From: Phoronis australis
Taxonomy: Eukaryota; Animalia; Phoronida
Direction of reading: 5' to 3'
Assembly: GCA_002633005.1 (NCBI GenBank)
Contig: NMRA01000256.1
Span: 468,120 to 532,119, forward strand
DNA: 64,000 nt
In this document: piece after piece, positions 37,233 through 51,480 of the stretch
How positions within the stretch are numbered: position 1 is the first letter of the stretch
Layout: the number at the start of each line of letters is the position of its first letter
Program-made: the position numbers and the translations under genes
The notes under the pieces: model-generated
Seen by the model: the letters and a program-made list of their open reading frames with translations, nothing else
Told to the model about the DNA's origin: nothing
Database searches by the model: none

Positions 37233-39605
37233 AAATTAGCAAATGCAATGGACGATAAGGCTTGTGACTTACATCCGCTCACGTCACCGCGAAAATCTTT
37301 TACTCGTGTTCTCTTAAGACACCTATTCAATGCATCTACTTTTGTTCTAGACTGAGTATTCTCGCAGTGACGCAATATGGTGCTAAAAGAACTCTTATCA
37401 CTTAATGAACCTACGTTTGAGAGTTGATATCGTGATTTCATGTTGCTGGATCTGTCAGTGCATCTACGATGACAAAAATCCGTTCAAGGAAGGCTTCAAG
37501 CTATTTATTCAATGTTCCGTGTAGATAAATTGAATTATACAGATGCTGTTTATGCACAAGTCTGTTTACGGTGGTTCGCGCACTGTTCCTGTTTTTGCCT
37601 GTTGTGATCACACACAGTTCATAGGTGTCGCTACTCTGAGTAAACTGTTCACGTCCACTTCATGTAGTTGCAAAGTGCGTTGAACTGATCACCCAGTGTT
37701 CCTGTAGGCGGCTATTCTGACTTTAACACTTAAACGGTTTCACTTTAAGGAATTCGCTATTCTGAGTTAGTTCACGTAAAATATGACAGAGACACCTGTT
37801 TAACTTGATATAGTATGCACGGTTCACACATTCACTAATCAACGTCGTGCTTAGATGTGGAATATTAAGGCGGACAGCATGTCTGATCGAAAGGCATGTC
37901 AGATGGGCGTGCACAAAGCCGTCACATCTGCAGTACTACGGGTGTTAAGCTTAACCGCTCGTTTGGAATCACCATGGGAAAAGATAGCCTGTGACACTCA
38001 CAAATTACGTCATTGGTACACGGACGTAGGTTTCGCATTATTAGAAGCCAAAGACAGATATGCCGGCTGATTTGAGATCGCACAGCAGACGTCAGCAGCC
38101 AGCAGTGATCACATGTGATAAGGCGTAAAAGGAGCCCCATTTTGCCTTCTGATTAGACGACACGCAAAATATCGCCTTCGACGGGCATTCAATGTGACTG
38201 GGACTAAAACTTGTTGTTTATTTAACTTAACCCATGCATGTTTTACGCAGTAAAAATCGTCTTACCTTGTCCGCGTTCCGTTTTACGAATGGAAAGCTCG
38301 AGATATCATATTTCGACTGATGTAGGTAATCGCTTCAATCACACTTAAGCCAAAGGCGCACCTGTGGAGAAATAAACCACTCGTTAATTTTCTACAGTGC
38401 CATTTATCCGATTAAAGGCACGGGCAAGCACAATCTTATTTTTAGTCAAAAGCAAGTCGCCCCAACAGTAGCTTACCTCATTCCCGCTAAGTAGACTCCA
38501 CAAAATACGTAGCACTTTGAAAATTCTCCCTTCGCTTCTAACACGATACATGGGATACATGTAGGCGTCTCAGCTGTTGCATATTGTGCAAGAACAAGGA
38601 AACTATCCGCAGGATATTGAAATGTTGACTTCCATTAAACGGGTAAGTTCAACATTTTTCTAAAGAATTTTATGAACAAGGTTGTGACACTTTTATGGTA
38701 TTTTCAAGGCACATGCAACAGTTAAGACGTCTCAATTCGCAAACGAAGAGACAGACTACTCATATCACAGTGAAAAGTTGCAGAATGACTTACCTCTACT
38801 GTATCCCGAAACGAAATGAAACAGCAGTATTGATCCCGTGCCTACACTCACCGAGTTTCATTGAGTGCACTCGCGTCACAAAAATAAAACAAATAAACAA
38901 GCACTGTTTTATTGTCTCTTTCGGGACAGATGTTGATTTTCGCAATATCATGTTGAATACAAATCCTCTTGAAAGACCTCTGAACTGAATCGATTTTTTG
39001 GAAAAAAAAAACATCTGTAACGTTTCAATGTTGTATTGACCAATGCAAGCGCGGAAAAAATCACCTCTCCGAACTGCGTGTGAAAATTTCGGAACACTGA
39101 AATAACTTTCCCACTGGGGGTATCTTATTCGAAGCACGGGAAATAATATTGACTGAGTCATTCCGTTGAACCACTGAGTTTTAGGGTCTGTTTCATGAAA
39201 AGTGACGTAGGACAGAATTTAAGTGTTACGTTCCAGAGCTTCTTTAACAACAGGGGGTAAATTGTGCGTACACGCTAAGATCCAAAACAGATTTCGAATG
39301 CTAGGTACATGCAATGTTTCAGGAAAAAATCTTCTAGGGAAACATATCACACAGAGATTTGTGCATATCGACAAACAATCACACTGTGTGCTACGTACAT
39401 GTAACGCATTTGGATCAAAGGTCAGGATACTTTTAGAAACTAACCCGCATGGCGGCGCTGCGACCAAGTCAGATTTACGGGGATTAGCCCTCCGGGTAGC
39501 GGCCACTCTAACGTTTGGATTACAAACATTTGCTGCATACCTTTACCTCCGTACGACGGTTTTTACTACAATTATAATGCTACTTGGACAAGAAATCCTA
39601 GTTCG

Positions 39606-39731
39606 CATGGGCGGCGCAGCACTGAAAAAAGTGGGGGTCTAACGCCCCTTCAGACCCCTGTGGTGTACCGTGCGGCGTGACTGAAAAAGTGGGGGCTATA
39701 GCCCCCAGCCCCCTATGGTGCGTCGCCCATG
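39606..39731. mobile_element. 126-bp hAT-like MITE, 5-bp TSD (gttcg/gtccg)
   Basis: CATGGGCGGCGCA ... TGCGTCGCCCATG; a shorter sister copy lies at 60623-60689. Confidence 0.75.
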
Positions 39732-39972
39732 GTCCGTTGCCGTTATCAACACAAACCCTGGCCGAAGGATAACATTCGATACGCAAACAATCTGCAAGTT
39801 TAACCAACGGAAACGACAATAAGACCACGTTTTCTTTTCTTTGACGGGTTTAAACCAATCATAAAACAAAAGTTATGCACCAATTGGCCTGCGAGCGATA
39901 TTCTAGGAAAGAACATGAGACCCACGCCAGTGGATTGCCGGAAGCGAACGAAGTTACCTCAGAACGTCTGAA

Positions 39973-40317
39973 GTTGCCCTCTGACACAGCGCCACCTATA
40001 CTGAAAAGTGGCCCTGTGGAAACATGATGAACAAAACACGAAATTCCGTGTGTGGGCATCAATGCGCATGCTTGGTCGGAAGTTTATCAATCACATTGCC
40101 ACCACTTGCACACGCCTTCTATGCACTGTTTGGACTTAACCACGGGATCGGGGTTACCCTGGTTTTGTTTACATCGGTCACTGACAGTTTTAATAAATTG
40201 CAACTTTTCAAGTCAAAGGCGGTCAGCATGCTGGGTAACCGTAAACTGAAAGGGGTTTCCCACATTTCAACCAATGGGAATGACTGAATGTTATGACGTC
40301 GGTTTCATTACTTTAAC
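39973..40317 (-). repeat. interspersed repeat, inverted partner of 42270-42585
   Basis: acacagcgccacctatactgaaaagtggccctgtggaaacatgatga ... aatgggaatgactgaatg; a fragment also occurs at 28785-28828. Confidence 0.75.
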
Positions 40318-42250
40318 CAAAGAGAAGCCATGATAAACAACATCCACAGTGTTACCTTTCGTAGCACCGTGAAAGAGTTCGTCTGTGGTAGGCTAATAAC
40401 AATAGGTCGGAAACAACATAAAAATTTTGACGGAATCCAAAGTTTATGTCCTAGCCTGATACGAAGCGAAGGGGTTTCATCTCCAGTGCTAATCGGTCAG
40501 TAAGCCTACAAGCTCTGCGTACGCCTGTGCATCCGTCTAGACAATCCCCGGCGGCGAAACGGACCTAACGCTACATGTTTTAAGAAGAACACAACCGATA
40601 TACCACATCAAAGAATGGAGGAATCTGCTTATCTCAATGGCATTCAATATTCCCATGGAGATACAGGTACTTCGGAAAAATCTGATGATGAGAAAAATGA
40701 ACACTTGTCTCTGCCGCACGTTCTAATTAACAGTATGGAAATGTCTGCCGATTTCAAAACCCCGTATTTGAAAGTACAAGGCAATTCTCCCGAAACAGGT
40801 TCCAAACTTTTGCAAATATTTTTTCAAAAGAGGCAGAAATTTGCAGACTGTTTACTTTTCTTGCTGCGTGTACATGGCAGCGTTTTCCCGTTCAGTGACT
40901 TTACCACACGTAGAGGGTTCTGAGCGTGTAATAATATCTAGTTTCTTTGTTAACTGCCAAGTACAGTCTTTTGTCTGTTATGAAAACAGGTAGGCCAATT
41001 ATCTACCAGCCTGATTACAGACCACGTGTGGACACCGTCAAACCCAGAGTGAATTGGTACATTCAGAGAGAATAGATTATCGTAACTTCGGTTGCAGTTG
41101 GGTGATTTTGGCGATTCAAAAACTAAACATGATAACCATTTGACGAGGATTTCAGAAAGGCTATTGGTTATAACTTAACTTTTGTTTTTAACAGCACAGC
41201 CTAGTCAGGCTAGATATGATCTCATTAAGATTAGAGTATGGAACAAAAGAGAGCTGTCCCTCCAACCATAAATGCCAGAATGGAATTAATCAGTCGTGTA
41301 AGATATTGGCTAAAGGGGTAAACTTCCCAACTTGTTGTTGGGCTATTGAACCGAACAAGTTGGGAGCAACGGGAAAACGCCGTAATGAGTCCAATTATGC
41401 ACGAGGAGGCGTGAAATAACGTTTGTAAAGATAGCCCAATCGAGCTTACAAAAGTGTGTTCCCGATCACGTGATCGTTACGGTCTTACAACTACGAACTC
41501 AAATAATTTTGCAAAAGGTGCTGGAAATGTTCCCCATCAGCGTTAAGCACAACTTGATGAACCTTGGCAGATTGAAAAACACGCGCTGCTCTACGGAAGA
41601 TATTCTGTAGACAAAAACGCGGAAAAGCGGCATTGAACAATCTCTTCACAACACGCGTTACATGGTTTGGTTGGGATAGAATTGTAAAGTTTCTGGTACC
41701 TAGCTCAAATAGAAAAAATATTATCTGAAGTTTGAGGCCTGATTCGGGAGAATAACCTGTACATGTACAGCAAAGTAACAAAGTGACTTATACACGATGA
41801 TTCAAGATAATGCTTGGAGACCTTCGAACTCACATCAACATAAACTTATCATGGCACAGAGCTACGTTATTGACAAACCATGTACATTATAACATCTCCT
41901 CGGATATGCTTGGAGAGTGGCTGATCTGAGGTCATCTCTGGACTTCGAATAAATTTTTTTCCTCTTTCAGAGAAACTGAAATTACACCTCAATCCATTTC
42001 CGATAATTAAATCATTGTGTTATCTAGCAAAAATACATGTCTTCCTAAAGAAAATGAGATTTGTATTTTCTCGAAATACCGGTATATGGTCACTTATGGC
42101 GCATTGCCATAATCGGCGAGTGCGCATGCACTGCCAATGCTCAACTCGAAACAGTGGACTAATGTGTTGTAACAAGCAGAGCAAATTCCGGTAGAAGAAA
42201 TGTATCAAGCCAGGCCAAGCGGAAGTAAAATTCTATATCAAAATTACACT

Positions 42251-42585
42251 CTTTCATAGTGCTATGAAAGTTAAAGTATTGAAAACGACGTCAAAACATT
42301 CAGTCATTCCCATTAGTTGAAAGTTGGGAAACCCTTTTCTGTTTACAGGATAGCGACAACCTTTGACTTGATCGAGTAGTAGGAATTTATTAAAACGGGC
42401 AATGATCGAAGTAAACACAATAAAGGGAAGCCCACGTACAGTGCATAGCGGCGTGTGCTAGTGGTGGCGAAGTGATTGGTAAACTTCCGACCAAGGCATG
42501 CGCATTAATTTATGCCCACATACGAAATTCATCATGTTTCCACAGGGCCACTTTTCAGTATAGGGGCGCTGTGTTAGACGGTGCA
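42251..42585 (+). repeat. interspersed repeat, inverted partner of 39973-40317, preceded by palindrome ctttcatag-tg-ctatgaaag
   Basis: cattcagtcattcccatt ... aaacttccgaccaag ... catcatgtttccacagggccacttttcagtatagg. Confidence 0.75.
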
Positions 42586-44080
42586 TCAAAATAGTAAATA
42601 GTGTAAAATAATAATTGTATTTTGCGCTTCACGTTTATGTAACACATTTTCACCAGTAAAAATTGGCAAAATTTGAAGCTTACTTGTTAGTACGTGTACA
42701 TGTACATAGCGAACTGGATATTACAAAATGTAAACGAAACAGTGTACACGCAAATGCACTACTACATCGTAGTAATTATTTATCAACACCTGGAAATGCA
42801 ACTGTTATACTGGCAGCGAGAACAACGCTCAAATATGTCGTCTAAGATAATTGCATCACGAAGAGTACACTGCCAATTAAAAAGGCGCGTGATTGAACCC
42901 CCCTTTCAGGAACACACCTCCATATCATATCATATAGTGTATGCTGACGACTGCGTGTAGAAATAATAATTCCAACTTTTATTTGAAGATGGTCAGAGCT
43001 GAAACATAATGAGAGGTCATCCGCAGTTAACCAGGAAACATACTACTTTAACCCACACAAGTTTTCGTGGGTAAAGCTGGGGTACAACGCCAATCAATGC
43101 CTGGTAGAAGCAAAAAATCTGTAAAACACACATTTCTGACAATTGGGAGTTACGCATCAGTAAGTTGACTACTAACGAACACTTTCGATATGTTAGCTTA
43201 GACATTTCTTAAATTACAAACGCAAACGCCTAGCTTGTCTCTTAGTTTGCTTTCATGTTATTACAAGAAAAATACAAACGAACGAATAATTAAACCGTCT
43301 ATAAAAAGTTGAGCTCGGAGTAAATAACGCAATAAACCCGACATTTGAAAATAAGATCCTGACAGTTTGCAGATGGTTTTGTGCAAATACCAAAAAGCTG
43401 TCGATGCAAGTAATTTGATCGTCTTAATTAATACTACAGATGATGTATTTCATTTTCGATGTGTCACAACGATGTTAACGAGATATCAAATTAATTACAC
43501 TTCAGAATCCAATATCAAGATTTTCGAAGTGTACAATTTATTTGGAGGGTAACAAGGTAACATCAAGCGTACAACGTGGACATTTCGCTATTATCCAGTA
43601 ATATCGATGAGAAACTAAATATTGACTTCATTAAATTTGATGACCGGCTCACCGACTTGAGCCGAAATGAAACTGTTGATTCTAAAGAGCAATATCTACA
43701 CTTATAAGGAAAAATAAGCAGTCAGGCTTCGAACCCGGCCAGATAAACCATTTCTGAGACTGGATTTGGGCGCCTGCAATTGGTCAACAGAGCAATAATT
43801 ACTGAGTTCAGCGTCCATTTAAAGAGGACTGAGATGTAACTGAAAAGTAAAAATGTTACCTTTTTGAGCGGGTTTTGATGTTTGAACCTTTCTGGTATGT
43901 CAAAACGAAAAATAACAATTCGTCAAACCGGGCCGCTGTGACTAAGTCACACACTTCAAACAGTTTGCTTCTGACCGTGTAGATTTGTTAACCCTATTGC
44001 TCAAAACCATTAAGTAGCCGTGTTTGTACTCGCAAAACAACCCAATGTGAGTCATAGGCGGATTTAGGGGGAGGGGGGGG

Positions 44081-44181
44081 NNNNNNNNNNNNNNNNNNNN
44101 NNNNNNNNNNNNNNNNNNNNNNNNNNNNNNNNNNNNNNNNNNNNNNNNNNNNNNNNNNNNNNNNNNNNNNNNNNNNNNNNN
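44081..44181. other. assembly gap (101 N) beside a poly-G run in a hAT-like terminus (CATAGGCGGATTTAGGGG at 44053)
   Basis: N run in the sequence. Confidence 0.95.
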
Positions 44182-45289
44182 GGGCTCAAATCCAATTTCA
44201 AGTGTCAAATTCGGAACACGGCGCATTCCTAACGGAACTATGGCTAAGTATTAGCTCTCCCGCGATATCCCAGGCGACCGGCAGTGGCGCTGCGCACTAC
44301 GACTCCGTTTCCATCGTCTGCTCCACTGTGCAAAAGAAAATGGAACCTGAGTGACGATGAAAAAACAGAAACTGCTGGTAAGATGTGAATTTTAATCGTG
44401 AATTGGTGAATCACTCAGAAACTCATAATTCTCTCTTTGTCAAACCTTAACTTAAGACGATTTCCAAAGCAATCCCGTCATTATTGCCAACACGAAAAAC
44501 GGATTTGGTCTTTTGTGCATTTGAAGACTATTTTAAATACAACAAATTTGTTAAGAACCGATTGCACCTGTGTGGTTACAGGTGATTTGAACTTTGGATC
44601 GAGAGACAATTTCAGTTAGTAAGAGTAGTTTTGGGCCTCGTGGGGGAAATTTCGCGCGACTTTCAATATTTTTGAGAGGGAAACAGGGCCAATATTCGGC
44701 CCCAAAATCGAGGGATTGAGGGCCCAGTCCTTTTTGGAAAGAAAAATGCATCATGTTTCAACCCGTAATCATGATCCTGGCTGGCCGAAGATTCTCCGGT
44801 CGTTGCTATCGAGCGGCTTCACAACCGAGATGCGACAAAATATGATCTAAACTTTTCGAAAACATTTATAAACTTTACACGGACATATCTTCCTTCGTCG
44901 CGGCGTATGTAAACGACCCAACGATTCCGAATCTCAACGTCCTTAGGGATTGCAAAGCAGAGTGTCCGTATTTTTTCTAGCCATTCGAGCAACGCTGCCC
45001 TACACTACTATGCTGATAAGCGAACAGAGCTATCGTAGCGAGCCTAGTTTTGGAACGCGCCTCCTGTCGGCGTGAATTGGGTCTATAGGTCTATCAACAA
45101 ATTTTTGGTCAATAAAACGCCTTCTCGTTTTGACAGTAAATCGGAGTCAACAGTGCACGACCTCGCAGTCCAAATACGAGAAAGATGCTCGACGGAAGAG
45201 GTGTCCAACGCCAGAAATCCGCAAAAGGGTATTGACGTAGTCTCAGTAAGGCGAACCCGCAGATAAAGGAAAATAGGCACGATACCAAG

Positions 45290-46040
45290 GAGATAGCTAA
45301 ATCGACAACGACAATCCGAGAAACTTACTTGCTCTTATTGAATTGTTAAGTATACCTGCGATGAAACATTTACAGCATCCAAAAACGAAGAACGCCAAGT
45401 ATACTCCGCCTTGAATACAAAATGAAATGATCAAGATCATTGGACAACAGTTTGTACAAGCTGTTATTGTAAAGGAAATAAAATATGCAAAATGTTGTTC
45501 CGATAGGAGTTGCGACAATGTTTTTATAGTTTTGCGCGGATTACGACTAAAGGCATAGTTGAAAGCATTTTGGGGACCTTGGTAGCCAACTGCAGAGGCC
45601 AAGGATACGATGGCGCGAAAAATTTAAATAGTGACAAGATGGCGTTCAGGCAATCCTACCCAAACGTTTTTTATAGCCTTACGAACACATTGCATCGGCC
45701 ATTGCCCAAATCTAGTGGTAGCTTGCTCGAGCTCGATACACGAAAGGGGAAACACCTTGTAGATAAAATGAAATCCTTTGGTAACTTTTTGTGAGCAGTG
45801 CAAAGAGAGAATTATACAAAAACAAAGATTCCGAATCTGTGGAAAAGTCCTTCTTCTTATGTACGCCATACTCGTTGTGAGGCATTAGGCACGATGCGCG
45901 CACGTTAAGGCGAGCAATTGTGAGTCATATTGGCGCTGAACTAACAAACTGTTTAGTTGTCTGAGACTACAACAAAGAGATAGTTATTGTCAGCGGTTTG
46001 AGAACATAAATCCCAGGAAGATGAAATTTGTATTAGCGTA
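45290..46040 (+). pseudogene. fragmented hAT transposase (ZMYM1/THAP12-like, DUF4371-type)
   Basis: Motifs in the correct order across frames: NPRNLLALIELL..KHL..KNAKYTPP*IQNEMIKIIG..IVKEIK; CRGQGYDGAKNL; THCIGHCPNLVV; TR..RHDA; C-terminal RFENINPRKM. Large internal deletions. Confidence 0.85.
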
Positions 46041-49000
46041 TTAACCTGATGTGAATCTCGTCAATTCAATGTGCAAAATGTTGGAAGTTGAACTTACAAC
46101 ATGTGCATTAAGTTAAATTTCTGTACGTTATCTCTTGTTGCGTTTTCTTTTTTGACAAGAATGCATTGAAAACGTCCTGCGTCGCTTACTGTTTCTCTCG
46201 GAAAATGAACAGGATGGACGCCAATTTTTGCGAAATATCATCAAAAGGTCCGCTGTGTTATATACTGGAATTAGACTAGGCGTAATTTTATTCTGACTAG
46301 GGGCCTGGGTAGAGCAAATGCAATGTCTCACTTCCGTAGCAGTCTCAGTCAGTCATAAGATAAATCAATGGAGGTGAATGCAGAATCAAGATTCAAGCAT
46401 TTTGATGGACAGTTTACGTCTTTTTCATTGCTCCGCGGACTCCTAATAGAAGTAAAGGAACAGTAATTAACGCGGAAAATATCTTTCCAAAATAGGCAGG
46501 ATCTGTACATTTACTGAGATAAAGTGAGTAGAAATATGATAACTCCAGTCGTAGGGTCGCTTTTTAGAGCTTAAATTTATGAATTACTACATGATGTACC
46601 GGGTCGCATAGTTGATGATGATTTTCACTAGCTGATTTTCGAAACAATCGCGCCATATTGAAACCCACTGTTCCACCAGACGGCGATTAGGTCTTCGGTT
46701 GACAGGCTTTAAGTGCCACCTACGTATTCCTTGAAATGTGGGCAGCAGTTTTCAACCTACGGTGTACCGATAGAAACAGCGTTTTAACACATTTCCTGAT
46801 ATTATAATGCCGACAAGATTCAAATTCTGAGCGGTGGGGTGTACTAACGGCTTACGGAAAAAGACAAACCTCTTGAAATATCCATTGATGAAAGACACCA
46901 TGTTCCATACATGTACATTTCCCATTGAGTGGCTGCGACTAATAAAGAGTGAGATGTTCGATTCAATCCGATGTCAAAGAGCTAAATACATCAGTAAACT
47001 TAACGTAATCAAACAGTGGTTGGGACTGGGTGTGGGATTTATGCCTCTGTTTTTAAATTAATTTCTGTCCATCGAATCAGGACCAAGAGGAAATCGCTTC
47101 TGCACTCTCATTACTCTTGAGAGCGCCAGTATGAAAATTCCGCTATTGACAAGACGTCGTCTACATGTATGTTCTACACTGGTGAGAAAAAAGGGCGCTT
47201 TCGGATTTGCATGGAGCAGGGAAGTCTAATGCAAAAGCTCATACACGTGAGGGGTGAACTTGGTGTCGACAAGGGAACTGCTTTGTGCTACGAATATGGG
47301 GCCTGGAGGGCATGGCGCACGTGCTACGCGTATGCGTCGCAGACCTTTATTATGTCCAACCCCCGACTCTTCATCAACGGAGTACCATTGCCCTTGTCAA
47401 AGTCTAGGTCCTGTTTATCTCCCAAGTCGTAACTCTCGGCGAGACAACCATGAGGACTTGCGTGATCTTATAAAATCTGCAGGTGAATGTGTTCATAATG
47501 TGTAATACTTGATGGGATCCCCATCAAAGATCATCAAACTGACTTTTTCAAACCACTTAGATACCACGCTTTGGATGCGGAACATGCCGGCAATTTTCAT
47601 AGTTTTGAGTACAACAGATGCAAATGTAATAAGCCACCTCGCATTTCCCGAATATGCACGAGATTTATGGACGTATGAGAGGACAACGTTAAAAGAGAAA
47701 AGTGTTGAGGTCGACGTACGTGTTTAATAATGTAAGATAGATACACGCAAGTATATGGATTGGGCTGAGTACTGATATTGGAAACTGCCTGTGAACGGAC
47801 TAATGGAATTTACTTGTTTACAACCTTTTCTTTATCACAAGCAACTTGCACACAGAGATTCTAGTGTTAGTCAAAGGACTGATTTTTGAACATGTACCAC
47901 GTGAGCAAAGTAACGAAAGGTACAGCACTTTAGACACAGTCATCGTACATGTATTCGCTGGTCATTTTTTATGAGCAAAATACGCGGCATATATTTGGAG
48001 TATAGAATACAAGTTCAAGTAAGTTTTTCGTGTTTCGATTGATTGGAACATGCCATCTCGCGGAGAACGGGCCGAGTGAGGGTCTCCTTTCCCAAATATT
48101 GGCCATAGGGTAAATACTAGAGCAGCATAAATGTTGAAAATACCTTAATTTAATTGGTCGATATTAGATATCTTTTCACATAATATTTGTTTTTGTCAGC
48201 AGAACTTTTGCACAAATGACACGAGGGAAAATACTAGTTCATTTCAGAAAAGTCGATAATTCCGCTTAGCTAAAGTTTGCTTTATTAGTTGACTAGGCGT
48301 GATTGTCTTCGCCCATTCCTCAGGGTCAACCGGCTAAGGCATCGGATTCGTTTAAAATCCTGCAGTTGTTATCGAGAACCAATCACATCCTTCCCGGTTG
48401 ACCTGGCTAAACGGGCTGAGCAGGTGACGTTTCCATAATGTTCTACCACTTTTCTGCCTGTGCCTTAACTTTGAACATATTCCGATGACCCAGAACAAAA
48501 GTGTCCGGATTCCAACCGCGTTATTTTTGAGATGGGCTTATCCTCTACATCAGTGACAGTTATGCGTACAGTCATAGTTAGTGATTAACGAAACAAAATC
48601 ACGAAAGTTGCCTGGCCGAGTGCCAGTATGTTTTAATTGACGAGTAATTAACTGTGACAGATATGGTAAACATCACATCTTCCATCTTATCTAACACTTC
48701 GTCGTATTTATTTCTACATCTTTCATAGGCAGTTTAATGTGCACTAACTCAGACTTCAGTAACGTACATGCAGAAGAAGTCCATCTTAAGGTTATCAAAG
48801 ACCCCCAAAACGTCCACCCTATATCAGAAATGGATTCATATGAAACGTTCAGATACTATGCTTTACGCACTATCCTCCAAAACTTTGCTAGAATTCTTAA
48901 AGATGTCTTTCATTGCTCTTAACTATGCTCATGTATAGCAGGAACTAAATGACAATGCTATATGAACATCATCTACTCTAAACAAAGTGCATTGACAACT

Positions 49001-50809
49001 TGTAAATGTGAAAACAAAAAATTCTGCAAATAGGTGACCTTTGTACTAATGACGTACCCTGGGGGCACACACAACCCGCATCATGCGGTATTATTCCCCA
49101 TCACCACGACACAATACTTACTGGATATTGTTGAGTGATTTAAGGCGGATCATTTTCGACACAAAACTCGTTCTTAAAACACTTCGCTATTTTCAACGCA
49201 CTTCAGATTCACATCGTCGCTATATCTTGTGTTTCTAACTAATTTGACCGAGCAATCACAGAGATCAGGAATCATCGTATGTAAAGTTCCACCTTAAACT
49301 GGTCCACTCGTGCATGAGGGGCTACAAAAATATGCTTTTTGATAAACTGAAACGTTGAGTGAAATGAAGACGAAATGATAACTTAAAAACTGTACTACCA
49401 TTAGAATGAGGCACTACGAAAAGCAAAGATCAGGATATTAGAATTATTGTACTTACGTGACTTACCACCACCAGGCCAACTGCCACAGTGCTTCGATCTT
49501 GCAGGCGTAAATTGTTGTAGCGCAAAATTTGTGGAAAGAACAAGACTAAATAGGGCATGCGGATTGACTTGCAAACGCGGTCGTTGGGAATTGCGGTATT
49601 GGGGTTAGAATTGGGACTGCGTCCTGTAGACCCAAAAATCCACCAAAACGCGAGAAATCGCCAGTTATTACAGTGGAAGCACGTGATCAAACTGATTTTT
49701 CTCGACAGTGTCTCACGACTTCGAAACGCTGCAACAACGTGTAACACCAATACCAAAACTGTATAATATCTATACCTTTGAAACGCGTGTCGATCACTGT
49801 CCTTTTCTTGCCGTGCCTTGGTGTGATTGGCCTCTAGATGTCCGGAATCGAATACCCCCCATTCCGAGTGTACAATAAGGTGTATCCAGTGTTCTTATTA
49901 GCCCTGAAATAGCAAGGATGTCGGGAAAATAGGATCAATACACAATTTTTACTCTATCCATTTTTTCCACGCAAGAGAAAATGAGGAGACAGCAAGGTTA
50001 TTACAGCCAAATAGCGGTACAGCTTCGTTAACTGCGCATGCGCCACAACCTTGAACTAACATGCAGTGCAAAAGGGATGAGCAGTATACGTAAATGTACA
50101 TCAATACCAACAGAGACATAACTTTGTTACCTAGTCTCCGAAACAAATTCGCGGGTAGTAGACGAACCATCAACAAAATTAAAAAAACAACTGGTTAATT
50201 ATACGTTCTCAAATAATAAAAATCAATAGGCGTGTTGCAATTAAACATTCTGTATACAATGGGTATACGTTGCACACAATTGGAAACCCCAGACACGCAA
50301 ATTTACATAATTTATCATCAATACTCTGTGTATCTGGCAAAGGCACTTGCCAACTGATTCAGAGCTCGTGTGTACATATGTGCAGTATCTGTCAAGTTCT
50401 AATTTGAGTTAACCAAAAAGATTGGAAAACGTAACGCAGGCGTATTCCAAGGCCAATAGATATCTTGTAATCAGACCTTAATAAAGTTTCAAGAAAAACA
50501 TCTTTATGCTTTAAGACAGCTTGTCAACAATCTCATTTAACAATTGCGTAAATGGAGATGAAAACGACAGCTAATTAAATAATATCGCATGAGTGAGACG
50601 GAATCGTCTCCGTAGTCAAGGCGGTAAAATATAAGGAAACAATCAATTAGCTGAGCGTGTTGGGGCATGCACGTGACGATCAGTAACACATAACTCAATG
50701 CATTTTTGATGTATGCACAGCAGGTAAAGCTCGTGTGATCACATGCTTTGGTGGTAATACATGGTGCCATCTGGCGGAGACTTGTGTGACTTTGCCTTTA
50801 CGGAACTCT

Positions 50810-51347
50810 CCTTGTGTGTGTGTGTGCCAGGGGGAAGGGGACACGCAGGTATCATTCAGCGGCCGCATTTTATCACGGGTAGTCGGCAGTCATTGGTTAG
50901 CTTTACAACGAAGAAAGAAAATGGGGGACTGTGAACGATTTTTAGCCTTGCCAACAACTTTGAGAACCTCTCTTCCGAGTTCACTTATCTGCGACTTGGG
51001 CAGTTTGTGAGCTTGACATCGGTAGCCGAAAAGAACATTCTAGCAGCAACGTAAACAAAAGTCAGCGACAGTAGCAAAATTCACACTGAAAAGGCACAAC
51101 CACAGCTTTCCGATCCACATTTCTTGAACATATACCAATTAAGTACCGATTTGTCTGTACAACAGACCAAAAACTATATCCGCATTAGTACTTCCTCCAT
51201 CAGTCACGCCGTTTTTTACGTATAAAGCGCTACCTGTTGACAAGTCGACCAGCCAATCAGAAACGCAAACATTTTTTCTCGAAGAAAGTTAAATGATACC
51301 TGCGTGTCCCCTGCCCCCTAGCGGATGCGCAAGGAACCAGCGAGCTA
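50810..51347. mobile_element. MITE copy 2 of the 34426-34953 family
   Basis: Shared interior (tcggcagtcattggttagctt; gtcagcgacagtag; gatttgtctgtacaacagacca; tcgaccagccaatcagaaacgc); TIR ggggacacgcaggtatcatt/aatgatacctgcgtgtcccc; right end ggaaccagcgagcta. Confidence 0.8.
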
Positions 51348-51480
51348 CGGAACTTAGTCCAAGCTGGTGCTGACGTGTTGCGTGAGAAGGTGGGGTCACG
51401 TAAAATACGCAGAAGAAAAAAGCATGAGAACACGATAACGTGGTAATAAATACGCCTGTGATGAAAGATGGATATTTTAA

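Noticed and set aside
36925-37248. Repetitive ORFs (CFEYNSEHINAI)n and a CRISPR-like 36-bp periodicity
   Set aside because: Head-to-tail minisatellite with no unique spacers and no cas genes; the ORFs arise because the unit is a multiple of 3.
38413-38520. Kolobok-like left end ttaaaggcacgggcaag (similar orphan ends near 11952 and 15686)
   Set aside because: No convincing partner TIR found, so no element boundaries can be given.
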